NCBI GenBank assembly: GCA_019635755.1
Contig: JAHBYW010000002.1
Location: 627,591-691,590 of the forward strand
Source of the DNA: Rhizobiaceae bacterium
Lineage (GTDB): Bacteria > Pseudomonadota > Alphaproteobacteria > Rhizobiales > Rhizobiaceae
Direction of reading: 5' to 3'
Length of the DNA: 64,000 bases
Position numbers and translations under genes: made by a program. This document shows positions 1-14,365 of this stretch, in pieces. The notes beneath the pieces were generated by a model. That model worked only from the letters and a program-made list of their open reading frames with translations. It ran no database searches and was not told where the DNA came from. Numbering within the stretch: position 1 is the stretch's first letter; each line of letters begins with the position of its first letter.

Positions 1-84
1 GGGCTGCACGAGTTTTTGACCAGCTTCATCAACGAAAACAACAGGTTCGGCGAAGAGATCGCCCGCGACTACCGGTTCTACTGA
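1..84 (+). CDS. Partial CDS, last about 27 codons of a gene that starts upstream of the window. From conserved gene order it may be the alpha-E domain protein (COG2307) that usually precedes the transglutaminase gene.
   Basis: Open frame from the window edge (...GEEIARDYRFY*) ending 1 nt before the next ATG. Identity is inferred from synteny only. Confidence 0.3.
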   Translation, partial: GLHEFLTSFINENNRFGEEIARDYRFY

Positions 85-85
85 G

Positions 86-880
86 ATGCGGCTCAAGATC
101 ACCCACCGCACCGAATACCGCTACGACGCGCCGCTGCGCTACGCGCTCCAACGCATCCGCCTCTTCCCCCAGTCGGGCCCGACGCAGAAGGTGCTGAACT
201 GGGCGATCGCGCTTGAAGGGGCGCACGAGGAGGTCCGCTTCGCGGACCAGTTCGGCAACGACACGCGGCTGCTGTCGACGGAGGGCGCGGCGCAGCATCT
301 GGTGGTCGAGGCCTCCGGCGAGGTCGAGACCTACGACCGCGCCGGCGTCGTCGGGCCGCACAAGGGGTTCGCGCCGCTCTGGCTGTTCGAGCGCGAGACC
401 GAGCTGACCGCCGCGGGCGAGGGCGTGCGCGCGCTTGCCGCCGAGGTGGGCGAGGGCGACGGCATCGCCCGGCTGCACCGCCTGATGGGCATGGTGCACG
501 AGCGGGTGGCGTATCGCGAGGGCGCGACCGACACCGGAACGACGGCGGAAGCCGCGCTGGCACAGGGCAGCGGCGTCTGCCAGGACCATGCCCACATCTT
601 CATCGCCACGGCGCGGCGGCTGGGTTTTCCCGCCCGCTATGTCAGCGGCTATCTGATGATGAACGACCGGCTGGACCAGGCGGCAGGGCACGCCTGGGCG
701 GAGGTGCATGTCGACGGGCTGGGCTGGGTGGCCTTCGATGTCGCCAACGACATCGCGCCGGAGGAGCGCTATGTGCGGCTGGCCACCGGCCGCGACTATC
801 GCGATGCCATGCCGGTGTCGGGAATTCGCCTCGGATGGGCGGAGGAACAGCTTGCAGTCCGCATCACGGTGGAGCAGTAA
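86..880 (+). CDS. Transglutaminase-like (COG1305) protein with an N-terminal bacterial transglutaminase-N domain.
   Basis: 264 aa ORF. The HRTEYRYD...GVCQDHAHIF...AWAEVHVDGLGWVAFD core reads like a Cys-His-Asp transglutaminase triad. It is tightly followed by the COG3484 gene. Confidence 0.75.
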   Translation: MRLKITHRTEYRYDAPLRYALQRIRLFPQSGPTQKVLNWAIALEGAHEEVRFADQFGNDTRLLSTEGAAQHLVVEASGEVETYDRAGVVGPHKGFAPLWLFERETELTAAGEGVRALAAEVGEGDGIARLHRLMGMVHERVAYREGATDTGTTAEAALAQGSGVCQDHAHIFIATARRLGFPARYVSGYLMMNDRLDQAAGHAWAEVHVDGLGWVAFDVANDIAPEERYVRLATGRDYRDAMPVSGIRLGWAEEQLAVRITVEQ

Positions 881-925
881 TCCCCCGGATCCTCACGAGA
901 ATCGCGCGCCGGACGACCGCATTCC

Positions 926-1657
926 ATGACCTATTGCGTTGGGCTCAAGATCGACAGCGGTCTGGTCTTCATGTCGGACACCCGCACCAATGCGGGCATC
1001 GATTCCATTTCGACCTACCGGAAGATGCACATCTGGGAGGAGCCCGGCGAACGCGTCATCGTGCTGATGTCGGCCGGCAATCTGGCGACGACGCAGTCGG
1101 TGGTGAGCCTCCTGGACGAGCGGTCGAAGGCCGTGGCGGAGCGCTCGCCGACCCTGCTCGAGACGCCGTCGATGTACCAGACCGCCAAGCTGGTCGGGAA
1201 CACGGTGCGCGAGGTGATCGCGCAGACCGCGCCGGAAGGCCAGCGCGCGGAGTCCTACTTCAACGCGTCGTTCATCCTGGGCGGCCAGATCCGGGGCACC
1301 GAGCCTCGGCTCTTCCACATCTATCCCGAAGGCAACTTCATCGAATCGACGGACGACACGCCGTTCTTCCAGGTCGGCGAGACCAAATACGGCAAGCCTA
1401 TCCTGGTGCGGGCCTATGACCGCACGATGAGCTTCGCCGAAACCGCCAAGCTGCTGATGGTGTCCTTCGACTCGACGCTGAAGTCGAACCTGTCGGTCGG
1501 GCTGCCGCTCGACATGATGTTCTACGAGAAGGACAGCTACCGGGTGGGGCTGAAGAAGCGCATCGGCGCCGACGATCCCTATTATCGCACCGTCTCCGAC
1601 GGCTGGTCCAATGCGCTGAAGTCCGCCTTCAAGAGCCTGCCGGACTTCCCGCTGTAG
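926..1657 (+). CDS. Proteasome-type protease (COG3484, Ntn-hydrolase-like).
   Basis: 243 aa. The N-terminal MTYCVGLKIDSGLVFMSDTRTNAG is typical of the Anbu/COG3484 proteasome-like family. It is the 3' member of the conserved ATP-grasp/alpha-E/transglutaminase/protease quartet. Confidence 0.7.
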   Translation: MTYCVGLKIDSGLVFMSDTRTNAGIDSISTYRKMHIWEEPGERVIVLMSAGNLATTQSVVSLLDERSKAVAERSPTLLETPSMYQTAKLVGNTVREVIAQTAPEGQRAESYFNASFILGGQIRGTEPRLFHIYPEGNFIESTDDTPFFQVGETKYGKPILVRAYDRTMSFAETAKLLMVSFDSTLKSNLSVGLPLDMMFYEKDSYRVGLKKRIGADDPYYRTVSDGWSNALKSAFKSLPDFPL

Positions 1658-1666
1658 GGTGGCGAT

Positions 1667-1832
1667 CCCTCCCCTTGAGGGAGGGTGGCCGGGCAAGGCC
1701 CGGCCGGGTGGGGTGCGGCGGCCGCGTGCGGCGACTACATTCGACGCAGATGCAAGAATGCCGCAGCCTTCATCCACGACCCCACCCGGCTCGCGGCGCG
1801 AGCCACCCTCCCCGCAAGGGGGAGGGAGCCCC
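1667..1832. repeat. Mosaic GC-rich palindromic element, type A. Layout: hairpin CCCTCCCC-TTGA-GGGAGGG, then GGGTGGGG, a spacer, CCCCACCC, then hairpin CCCTCCCC-GCAA-GGGGGAGGG.
   Basis: Inverted repeats are read directly. The same architecture recurs at 17850-17977, and the arms and hairpins recur at 26312-26400, 58463-58568 and 63781-63835. Confidence 0.7.
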
Positions 1833-1843
1833 GCAAGGAGCGC

Positions 1844-3259
1844 ATGATGAACGAATCCGAATTCCGCGACTGGTCGCACAAGGCCGCCGACTGGGGCGCC
1901 GACTATCGCGCGGGCTTGCGTGACCGTCCGGTCCGCCCACAGACGAAGCCCGGCGCCATCGCCGGCCAGATCGCGGCCTCGCCACCGGAAACAGCGGAGG
2001 CGATGGCGGACATCTTCGCCGATTTCGAGCGGATCGTCGTGCCGGGCATGACGCACTGGCAGCATCCGCGCTTCTTCGCCTACTTCCCGGCCAACGCCGC
2101 GCCGGAATCCGTCGTTGCCGAGTATCTGGTGTCGGCGATGGCGGCGCAGTGCATGCTCTGGCAGACGTCGCCGGCGGCGACCGAACTCGAAACCAGGATG
2201 GTCGACTGGCTGCGGCAGGCGTTGGGCCTTGCCGACGGCTTCGCCGGCTCGATCCAGGATTCCGCTTCGTCGGCGACGCTGAACGCCGTACTCGTCATGC
2301 GCGAGCGGGCGCTCGACTGGGCCGGCAACCGCGAGGGCCTGCCGGGGCAGAAGACGCTGCGCATCTATTCGTCCGACCAGGTCCACACCTCGATCGACCG
2401 GGCAATCTGGGTGGCCGGCGTCGGCGAACGGAACCTCGTGCGCATTCCGACCGGCGGTTCCTTGCGCGGCATGGACGTGACGGCTCTCGAGCGCGCGATC
2501 GAAGCCGACCGCGCCGCCGGGCACCTGCCGGCCGGCATCATCGCCTGCGTCGGCGGGACCAGCGTCGGCGCGACGGACGACATTGCCGCCGTCGTTGCGG
2601 TGGCGCGCCGGCACGGCCTCTATGTCCATGTCGACGCAGCCTGGGCCGGATCGGCGATGATCTGCCCGGAGTTCCGGCATTTCTGGACCGGCGTCGACGG
2701 CGCCGATTCCATCGTCTTCAATCCGCACAAATGGCTGGGCGCGCAGTTCGACTGCTCGATCCAGTTCGTGCGCGATCCCGAAAGCCTCGTCCGAACGCTG
2801 GCCATCCGGCCGGAATACCTGAAGACCCACGGTGCGGACGGCATCGTCAACTATTCCGAATGGTCGGTGCCGCTCGGACGCCGCTTCCGCGCGCTGAAGC
2901 TATGGTTCCTGCTGCGTGCGTACGGGCTGGAGGGACTGCGCGCGCGCATCCGCGACCATGTGCGCTGGAGCGAAGGACTGGCCGGGCGACTGAAGCGTGC
3001 GCCACGCTTCGAGATCGTCACCGCGCCGATGCTGTCGCTGTTCTCGTTCCGCCACCGCGCGCCGGACGGCCGGGACGAGGATGTACACAACCAGCACCTC
3101 GTCGACAGCATCAACGCGCGCGGGCTGATCTATCTGACGCAGACGCGGGTCGACGGGCGCCTGGCGATCCGCGTCTCCGTCGGCCAGTTCGACACGACGG
3201 AAGCCGACGTGGATGTCGCGTTCGACGCCATCGTCGAGACGGCGGCGACGCTCAACTGA
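1844..3259 (+). CDS. Group II PLP-dependent decarboxylase (aromatic-L-amino-acid / tyrosine decarboxylase family).
   Basis: The 524 aa ORF was trimmed to the ATG at about 1844 (MMNESEFRDW...). The conserved ...HWQHPRFFAYFPAN...SSATLNAVL...NPHKWLG... (PLP-Lys) motifs are present. The ORF extension upstream of 1844 is a repeat element. Confidence 0.8.
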   Translation: MMNESEFRDWSHKAADWGADYRAGLRDRPVRPQTKPGAIAGQIAASPPETAEAMADIFADFERIVVPGMTHWQHPRFFAYFPANAAPESVVAEYLVSAMAAQCMLWQTSPAATELETRMVDWLRQALGLADGFAGSIQDSASSATLNAVLVMRERALDWAGNREGLPGQKTLRIYSSDQVHTSIDRAIWVAGVGERNLVRIPTGGSLRGMDVTALERAIEADRAAGHLPAGIIACVGGTSVGATDDIAAVVAVARRHGLYVHVDAAWAGSAMICPEFRHFWTGVDGADSIVFNPHKWLGAQFDCSIQFVRDPESLVRTLAIRPEYLKTHGADGIVNYSEWSVPLGRRFRALKLWFLLRAYGLEGLRARIRDHVRWSEGLAGRLKRAPRFEIVTAPMLSLFSFRHRAPDGRDEDVHNQHLVDSINARGLIYLTQTRVDGRLAIRVSVGQFDTTEADVDVAFDAIVETAATLN

Positions 3260-3364
3260 ACTTTCGAACAAGGTGCGTTTCGCAGCCGGCTAAGTTTCGA
3301 CAGGGCGCTTTTCAAGACTTTCGTTTTCGCTTAGAACTGCTGTAAACGAAACCGGACCTCCCGC

Positions 3365-4132
3365 ATGTACCTCGCGCCACGCCATGCCGAAATCATCCAG
3401 ATGGCCAAGGACAATGGCCGCGTGCTCGTCGAGGAGTTGGCGGTCCATTTCAACGTCACGCCGCAGACCATCCGCAAGGACCTGAACGACCTCTGCGACA
3501 AGCGGCTGTTGTCACGCATCCATGGCGGCGCGCTGTTCCCCTCCGGGATCGAGAACATGGAGTATGAGGAGCGGCGCAAGATCGCCTCGGAGGAGAAGGA
3601 CGCGATCGGCCGGGCGGCGGCGCGCATCATCCCCGACAACGCGTCGCTGTTCATCAACATCGGCACCACGACGGAGGCGGTCTCGAAGTCGCTGCTCGAC
3701 CACAGCGGGCTGATGGTCATCACCAATAACATCAATGTTGCCAACAGGATGCGGGTCTATCCCTCGATCGAGGTGGTGATCGCGGGCGGCGTCGTGCGCG
3801 GCTCCGACGGCGGCATCGTCGGCGAGGCGGCGGTCGATTTCATCAAGCAGTTCAAGGTCGACTATGCGGTCATCGGCGCCTCGGCCATCGACCATGACGG
3901 CGCGCTGCTCGACTTCGACTTCCGCGAGGTGAAGGTCGCCCAGGCGATCATCGCCAATGCTCGCCATGTCATCCTGGTCTCCGATTCGACCAAGTTCGAG
4001 CGGACCGCGCCGGTCCGCATCGGCCACCTCTCCCAGGTCGACACCTTCATCACCGACCGCTGCCAGCTGCCGGCCATCCGCCGCATCTGCGAAGAGGCGG
4101 AGGTGCAGCTGCTGGAGACTGCGGCCGGGTGA
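3365..4132 (+). CDS. glpR: DeoR-family transcriptional repressor of the glycerol-3-phosphate regulon.
   Basis: 255 aa with an N-terminal HTH (VEELAVHFNVTPQTIRKDLNDL) and a DeoR C-terminal sugar-phosphate binding domain. It sits immediately upstream of glpD. Confidence 0.8.
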   Translation: MYLAPRHAEIIQMAKDNGRVLVEELAVHFNVTPQTIRKDLNDLCDKRLLSRIHGGALFPSGIENMEYEERRKIASEEKDAIGRAAARIIPDNASLFINIGTTTEAVSKSLLDHSGLMVITNNINVANRMRVYPSIEVVIAGGVVRGSDGGIVGEAAVDFIKQFKVDYAVIGASAIDHDGALLDFDFREVKVAQAIIANARHVILVSDSTKFERTAPVRIGHLSQVDTFITDRCQLPAIRRICEEAEVQLLETAAG

Positions 4133-4238
4133 AGCGGCGGAAAAGCCGTTGAGATTCAAGCCGTCGAATTTTCGTTTGACATTCGTTATGATTGCGAAAT
4201 AATTCCGTTACGTTTTCGAGAACGGCGAAAATGCTGCG

Positions 4239-5783
4239 GTGCGAAAACGTGGAGGAGTCTGCGTGGACGTTCCGATCCATGACATCTTCGTCATCGGCGG
4301 CGGCATCAATGGATGCGGCGTGGCGCGCGATGCCGTGGGGCGTGGCTTCTCCGTCTTCCTGGCCGAGATGAACGACCTGGCGAGCGGCACGTCGTCCGGC
4401 TCGACCAAGCTGATCCACGGCGGCCTGCGCTATCTCGAGCACTACGAATTCAGGCTGGTGCGCGAGGCGCTGATGGAGCGCGAGGTTCTGTGGAAGAACG
4501 CGCCGCACATCATCTGGCCGATGCGCTTCGTGCTGCCTTACGCCAAGGGAATCCGCCCGGCATGGCTGATCCGGCTCGGGCTTTTCCTCTACGACCACAT
4601 CGGCGGCCGCAAGCTGCTGCCGGCGACCAGGACGCTCGACATGCGCGCTGACGCGGCCGGCAAGCCGCTGAAGCCGCTCTTCGCCAAGGCGTTCGAATAT
4701 TCCGACTGCTGGGTGAACGATGCGCGCCTCGTGGTGCTGAACGCCCGCGACGCGGCGGACCGGGGCGCGGTGATCCGGACGCGCGCCAGGGTGCTGAGCG
4801 CGCGTCGCGAGGGCGGGCTCTGGTCCATCGGCGTCGAGGACCGGCGCTCCGGCAATGTCGAGAAGGTGCGCGCGCGTCTGCTGGTGAACGCGGCCGGCCC
4901 ATGGGTGGACGAGGTGCTGGCGTCCGCCGCGGGGCAGAACGACGTCCACAATGTCCGGCTGGTCCAGGGCAGCCACATCGTCGTCGCCCGCAAGTTCGAG
5001 GGCGAGCGCGCCTATTTCTTCCAGAACAAGGATGGCCGCATCATCTTCGCCATCCCCTACGAGGACGATTTCACCCTGATCGGCACCACCGACCAGGACT
5101 ATGCCGGCGATCCGGGCGCGGTGACGATCAGCGACGCCGAGATCGGCTATCTCTGCGACGCCGCCAGCGAGTATTTCGCCGCGCCGGTGCGCCGCGAGGA
5201 CATTGTCTGGACTTATTCGGCGGTGCGACCGCTGTACGACGACGGCGCCTCCAAGGCGCAGGAAGCGACCCGCGACTACGTGCTGAAGGGCGAGGGCGGC
5301 GAGGGCGACGCGCCGGTCATCAACGTCTTCGGCGGCAAGATTACGACCTATCGGCGGCTGGCCGAGTCGATGCTGGAGAAGATCGAGTCCTACCTCGGAC
5401 GCAGGCGCGGTCCGTGGACGGCGTCGGCCACGCTGCCCGGCGGCGATTTCGCGGCGACGGGGTTCGTGGAGCTCGTTGCGTCGCTGCGGTCCGACTATCC
5501 GTTCCTGGCGCAGGCGCATGCCCGCAGGCTGGCGCGGCTATACGGGACGCGGGCGCGGCGTATACTGGGGCCGGCAAAGGTCGCGGCCGATCTCGGCAAG
5601 TATTTCGGGGCGGACCTCTACGAGGCCGAGATCCGCTACCTGATCCGCGAAGAATGGGCGCAGACGTCGCAGGACGTGCTGTGGCGCCGGACTAAGCGCG
5701 GACTTCGCCTGAATGCGGCGGAGGTCGCTGCACTCGACGAATACATGCGCGGAGCCACGGACGAGGCGAAGTCGGCCGCCTAG
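4239..5783 (+). CDS. glpD: FAD-dependent glycerol-3-phosphate dehydrogenase.
   Basis: 514 aa. The FAD fingerprint DIFVIGGGINGCGVARDAVGRG and GlpD homology run throughout. The real start may be the GTG near 4263. Confidence 0.85.
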   Translation: MRKRGGVCVDVPIHDIFVIGGGINGCGVARDAVGRGFSVFLAEMNDLASGTSSGSTKLIHGGLRYLEHYEFRLVREALMEREVLWKNAPHIIWPMRFVLPYAKGIRPAWLIRLGLFLYDHIGGRKLLPATRTLDMRADAAGKPLKPLFAKAFEYSDCWVNDARLVVLNARDAADRGAVIRTRARVLSARREGGLWSIGVEDRRSGNVEKVRARLLVNAAGPWVDEVLASAAGQNDVHNVRLVQGSHIVVARKFEGERAYFFQNKDGRIIFAIPYEDDFTLIGTTDQDYAGDPGAVTISDAEIGYLCDAASEYFAAPVRREDIVWTYSAVRPLYDDGASKAQEATRDYVLKGEGGEGDAPVINVFGGKITTYRRLAESMLEKIESYLGRRRGPWTASATLPGGDFAATGFVELVASLRSDYPFLAQAHARRLARLYGTRARRILGPAKVAADLGKYFGADLYEAEIRYLIREEWAQTSQDVLWRRTKRGLRLNAAEVAALDEYMRGATDEAKSAA

Positions 5784-5816
5784 ACTGCACACGACAGCGA
5801 GCTTTGGGAGGAGCAT

Positions 5817-6896
<1,080 letters not shown>

Positions 6897-6903
6897 GGCG
6901 GCG

Positions 6904-7971
6904 ATGGCGAAGATAGAACTCGACCACATCCGGCACGCCTACGGCGCCAACCCGAAGTCCGACAAGGACTATGCGCTGCGCGAGGTGCATCATACGTTCG
7001 ACGACGGCGGCGCCTATGCGCTGCTCGGGCCGTCGGGCTGCGGGAAGACGACGCTGCTCAACATCATCTCGGGGCTGATCCGGCCGAGCGAGGGCGCGCT
7101 GCGGTTCGACGGGACCGACGTGACCGACCGCGCGACCGAGGAGCGCAACATCGCGCAGGTGTTCCAGTTCCCGGTCGTCTACGACACGATGACGGTCTAC
7201 GACAATCTGGCGTTTCCGCTGCGCAATCGCGGCGTCGCCGAGGCCGACGTCGCGCGCCGCGTCAACGAGACGCTGGAGATGATCGACCTGAAGGACCGGG
7301 CGCACCGCAAGGCGCGCGGGCTCACCGCCGACCAGAAGCAGAAGATCTCGCTCGGCCGCGGGCTGGTGCGATCCGACGTCAACGCCATCCTGTTCGACGA
7401 ACCGCTCACCGTCATCGACCCGCACATGAAGTGGGTGCTGCGCTCGCAGCTCAAGCAGCTCCACCACCGCTACGGCTACACGATGGTCTATGTGACGCAC
7501 GACCAGACCGAAGCGCTGACCTTTGCCGACCAGGTGGTCGTGATGTTCGACGGGCAGATCGTCCAGATCGGCACGCCGGAGGAGCTGTTCAACAAGCCGA
7601 AGCACACATTCGTCGGCTATTTCATCGGTTCGCCCGGCATGAACGTGCTGCCGGCGGAGCTGGACGGGGCAGGGGCGCGGATCGGGTCGCAGCGCATCGA
7701 GCTGCCGCGCGCGCCGGACGGCGCCAGCGCCGCCGGATCGCTGGAGCTCGGCATCCGGCCCGAATTCATCTCGGTCGGGCGCACCGGCATGCCGGTGACG
7801 GTGACCAAGGTCGAGGACATCGGGCGCCGCAAGATCGTTCGCATGAGCTTCGAAGGCAGGGACCTCGTGGCGCTGATCGGCGAGGACGACGAGGTTCCGG
7901 CCGAGCCGCGCGTGTCGTTCGATCCGGCAGGGATCAACCTCTATTCCAACTCCTGGCGGGTGGAGGCCTGA
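6904..7971 (+). CDS. glpT: ABC transporter ATP-binding protein, second ATPase of the glycerol importer.
   Basis: 355 aa with GPSGCGKTT, LSLGRG and FDEP motifs. It lies 8 nt after glpS. Confidence 0.8.
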   Translation: MAKIELDHIRHAYGANPKSDKDYALREVHHTFDDGGAYALLGPSGCGKTTLLNIISGLIRPSEGALRFDGTDVTDRATEERNIAQVFQFPVVYDTMTVYDNLAFPLRNRGVAEADVARRVNETLEMIDLKDRAHRKARGLTADQKQKISLGRGLVRSDVNAILFDEPLTVIDPHMKWVLRSQLKQLHHRYGYTMVYVTHDQTEALTFADQVVVMFDGQIVQIGTPEELFNKPKHTFVGYFIGSPGMNVLPAELDGAGARIGSQRIELPRAPDGASAAGSLELGIRPEFISVGRTGMPVTVTKVEDIGRRKIVRMSFEGRDLVALIGEDDEVPAEPRVSFDPAGINLYSNSWRVEA

Positions 7972-7973
7972 CA

Positions 7974-8841
7974 ATGGACAAGACTTGGAACAACAAGGCC
8001 TGGTTCATGGTGCTGCCGGTGCTGGTGCTGGTCGGCTTCTCGGCCGTCGTGCCGCTGATGACGGTGGTCAACTACTCCGTGCAGGACACGTTCGGGAACA
8101 ACGTGTTCTTCTGGGCGGGCAGCGAGTGGTTCCAGGACATGCTGACGTCGGACCGCTTCTGGGAGGCGATGGGCCGCAACCTGCTGTTCTCGGCGATCAT
8201 CCTCGCCATCGAGATACCGCTCGGCATCTTCATCGCCCTCAACATGCCTCGCTCGGGCTGGGGCGTTCCGGTCTGCCTGGTGCTGATGGCGCTGCCGCTG
8301 CTGATCCCGTGGAACGTCGTCGGCACGATCTGGCAGGTGTTCGGCCGCGTCGACATCGGCCTGCTCGGCTACGTGCTGAACGCCATCGGCTTCGACTACA
8401 ACTACGTCAACGACCCGCTCGACGCCTGGTTCACCGTCATCATCATGGACGTGTGGCACTGGACGAGCCTGGTCGTGCTGCTCTGCTATGCCGGGCTCGT
8501 CTCGATCCCGGACGCCTACTACCAGGCCGCCAAGATCGACGGCGCCTCGCGCTGGGCCGTGTTCCGCTTCATCCAGCTGCCCAAGATGAACCGCGTGCTG
8601 CTGATCGCCGTGCTGCTGCGCTTCATGGACTCCTTCATGATCTACACGGAGCCCTTCGTCGTCACCGGCGGCGGTCCGGGCAACTCGACGACCTTCCTGT
8701 CCATCGACCTGGTCAAGATGGCGGTCGGCCAGTTCGATCTCGGCCCGGCGGCGGCGATGTCGATCATCTACTTCCTGATCGTGCTCCTGCTGTCGTGGGT
8801 CTTCTACACCGTCATGACGAATGTCGGCGCGGAGCGGCGTG

Positions 8842-8849
<8 letters not shown>
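7974..8849 (+). CDS. glpP: ABC transporter permease (MalF/UgpA-like).
   Basis: The ORF was trimmed to the ATG at 7974 (MDKTWNNKAWFMVLPV...), 3 nt after the glpT stop. It has six predicted TM segments and an EAA-like loop (YQAAKIDGASRWAVF). Confidence 0.8.
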
Positions 8850-9749
<900 letters not shown>

Positions 9750-9750
<1 letters not shown>

Positions 9751-10172
9751 TGGAGGCAGCAACGACCGCGTCACCCCGCCGCTGGCCCGTCGTGCTGGCC
9801 GCCGTTCTCGGCGTCTATCTCGTCGCCGTCGGCCTCCTTGTCATGAAGCTCCCGGTGAAGAACGACGAGATCGACTGGTACGGCTCGCTCGTCCAGGGCG
9901 GCTGGATGGCGTGGTCGTTTCCCGGCGCGCTGTTCTTCATGACCGTCGCGCTGCTGATCGCGCTGATGGGCGTGTGGGAGTACGCCGCGCCCGGCGGCAG
10001 CCCGCGCGTCGGGATCCTCCGTTTCGAGACGACCCGCGGGGATCGTCTTTTCCTATCGCTGCTCGGCAGCGCCTTCATCCACCTCGCATGGCTCGGGCTC
10101 GTCGGCCCGAACCTGTGGTGGGCTCTCGCTCTCTCGTTGGTCTACGCCGTGGGCGTGTTCCGATACGTTTGA
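9750..10172 (+). CDS. glpU: Small integral membrane protein (DUF2160-like), a conserved member of the rhizobial glp operon with unknown role.
   Basis: The ATG at 9750 overlaps the glpQ TGA (TGATG). It is about 140 aa and very hydrophobic (VVLAAVLGVYLVAVGLLV...). Confidence 0.55.
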
Positions 10173-10184
10173 GGGGGAAAACAG

Positions 10185-10214
10185 GGGAGCGGCCGCGTGC
10201 CGGCGGCCGCTCCA
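10185..10214 (+). terminator. Strong GC hairpin (GGAGCGGCCG ... CGGCCGCTCC) between glpU and glpV. It could be an intra-operon attenuator or an mRNA-stabilising stem-loop.
   Basis: A perfect 10-bp inverted repeat is read directly. There is no U-tract, so a classical intrinsic terminator is not certain. Confidence 0.3.
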
Positions 10215-10247
10215 TCGCACTCGTGACCCGTGAAAGGGAGGAAACTC

Positions 10248-11969
<1,722 letters not shown>

Positions 11970-12040
11970 CAATGCGAGACTTGGCGGTGAAAACCGTTGA
12001 GCAAGGCGGAGGCGGCGCAAGCCGCCTCCGTCGATTCCTG

Positions 12041-12180
12041 TAAAGGGTGTCCATTCTCGGGCCTGTCCCGAGGGTCTGCCTTCGTTCCCGGGCTGGCGTC
12101 GCCCGCCGCATGGGGTACCGTCGCATGGGGCAGTGGATCCTCGGGACAAGCCCGAGGATGACGCTCTTCAACGTGGGCGC
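12041..12180. repeat. RIME-like intergenic repeats with hairpins CTCGGG-CCTGTC-CCGAG and CCTCGGG-ACAAGC-CCGAGG.
   Basis: Inverted repeats are read in the glpV-glpK spacer. A related copy (CCTCGGGCTTGTCCCGAGGATCC) is at 63940-63962. Confidence 0.5.
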
Positions 12181-12206
12181 TATCTATTTCGTCGTTTGAG
12201 GAAATC

Positions 12207-13700
<1,494 letters not shown>

Positions 13701-13795
13701 CCCGCACGTCGGCCCGCGCCGATCGGCGCCGAAACCGGTTCCCACGCTTGGCCGACATGCGCTAACCTCCCTGCAGGCACGGCGCGGGGTGAGGC

Positions 13796-14215
13796 ATGGC
13801 TCAGGGTCTGGTGGCGCGGTTCGTTTCGCTCTTCGACGGTGACGCCGGCGTACGCCGGGTGGCCGACGACCCGGTCCTGTCGGCCGAACTGCTGCTGCTG
13901 TTCAGGATGATCCTCGCCGACGGCGCGGTGACCGATGGCGAGATGGCCGCGTTCCGGCGCATCTGCACCGACGCGTTCGGCATTCCGCCGGCGAGCGTCG
14001 ATTCGGTCATCGAATACCTCAACGAGACGGGTTACGAGACGACCGGAGCGCAGGCGCTCGCGGTCTTCCGCGGCCTCGACGAAGAGCGGCGCCGGCTGCT
14101 GGCGAAGCACATGGCCGAGATCGCCAAGGCGGATTCGGCGCTGGCGGCGACCGAAGTGAAGCTCCTGCGGCGCACGCTGGAAGTGCTCGACCTCGGCGCG
14201 CCGAAGGCGGTCTGA
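13796..14215 (+). CDS. TerB-like (tellurite-resistance TerB / DjlA N-domain-like) small protein.
   Basis: 139 aa, all-helical. Two ADG.VT.GE / KAD.A.AATE pseudo-repeats typical of TerB domains are present. Confidence 0.45.
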   Translation: MAQGLVARFVSLFDGDAGVRRVADDPVLSAELLLLFRMILADGAVTDGEMAAFRRICTDAFGIPPASVDSVIEYLNETGYETTGAQALAVFRGLDEERRRLLAKHMAEIAKADSALAATEVKLLRRTLEVLDLGAPKAV

Positions 14216-14365
14216 CCGGCGGACGCCTGGAGGCAAAGTTGCCCCCTCCGGTCCTTCGGGCCACCTCCCGTAAACGGGGGAGGATCACGGAGCGGCCGGC
14301 CGCGACCCGATCCTCCCTTGCGAAGCATGGTGGAGGGGCGGATCGGCAAAACCGAAGAACCCGCG

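Noticed and set aside
29-709. 226-aa minus-strand ORF at the window start
   Set aside because: It is antisense to the transglutaminase-like gene and Arg/Gly/Ala-rich without domain motifs.
1685-1843. In-frame upstream extension of the decarboxylase ORF
   Set aside because: It is translated from the palindromic repeat element (…PLEGGWPGKARPGGV…). The conserved decarboxylase N-terminus begins at MMNESEF.
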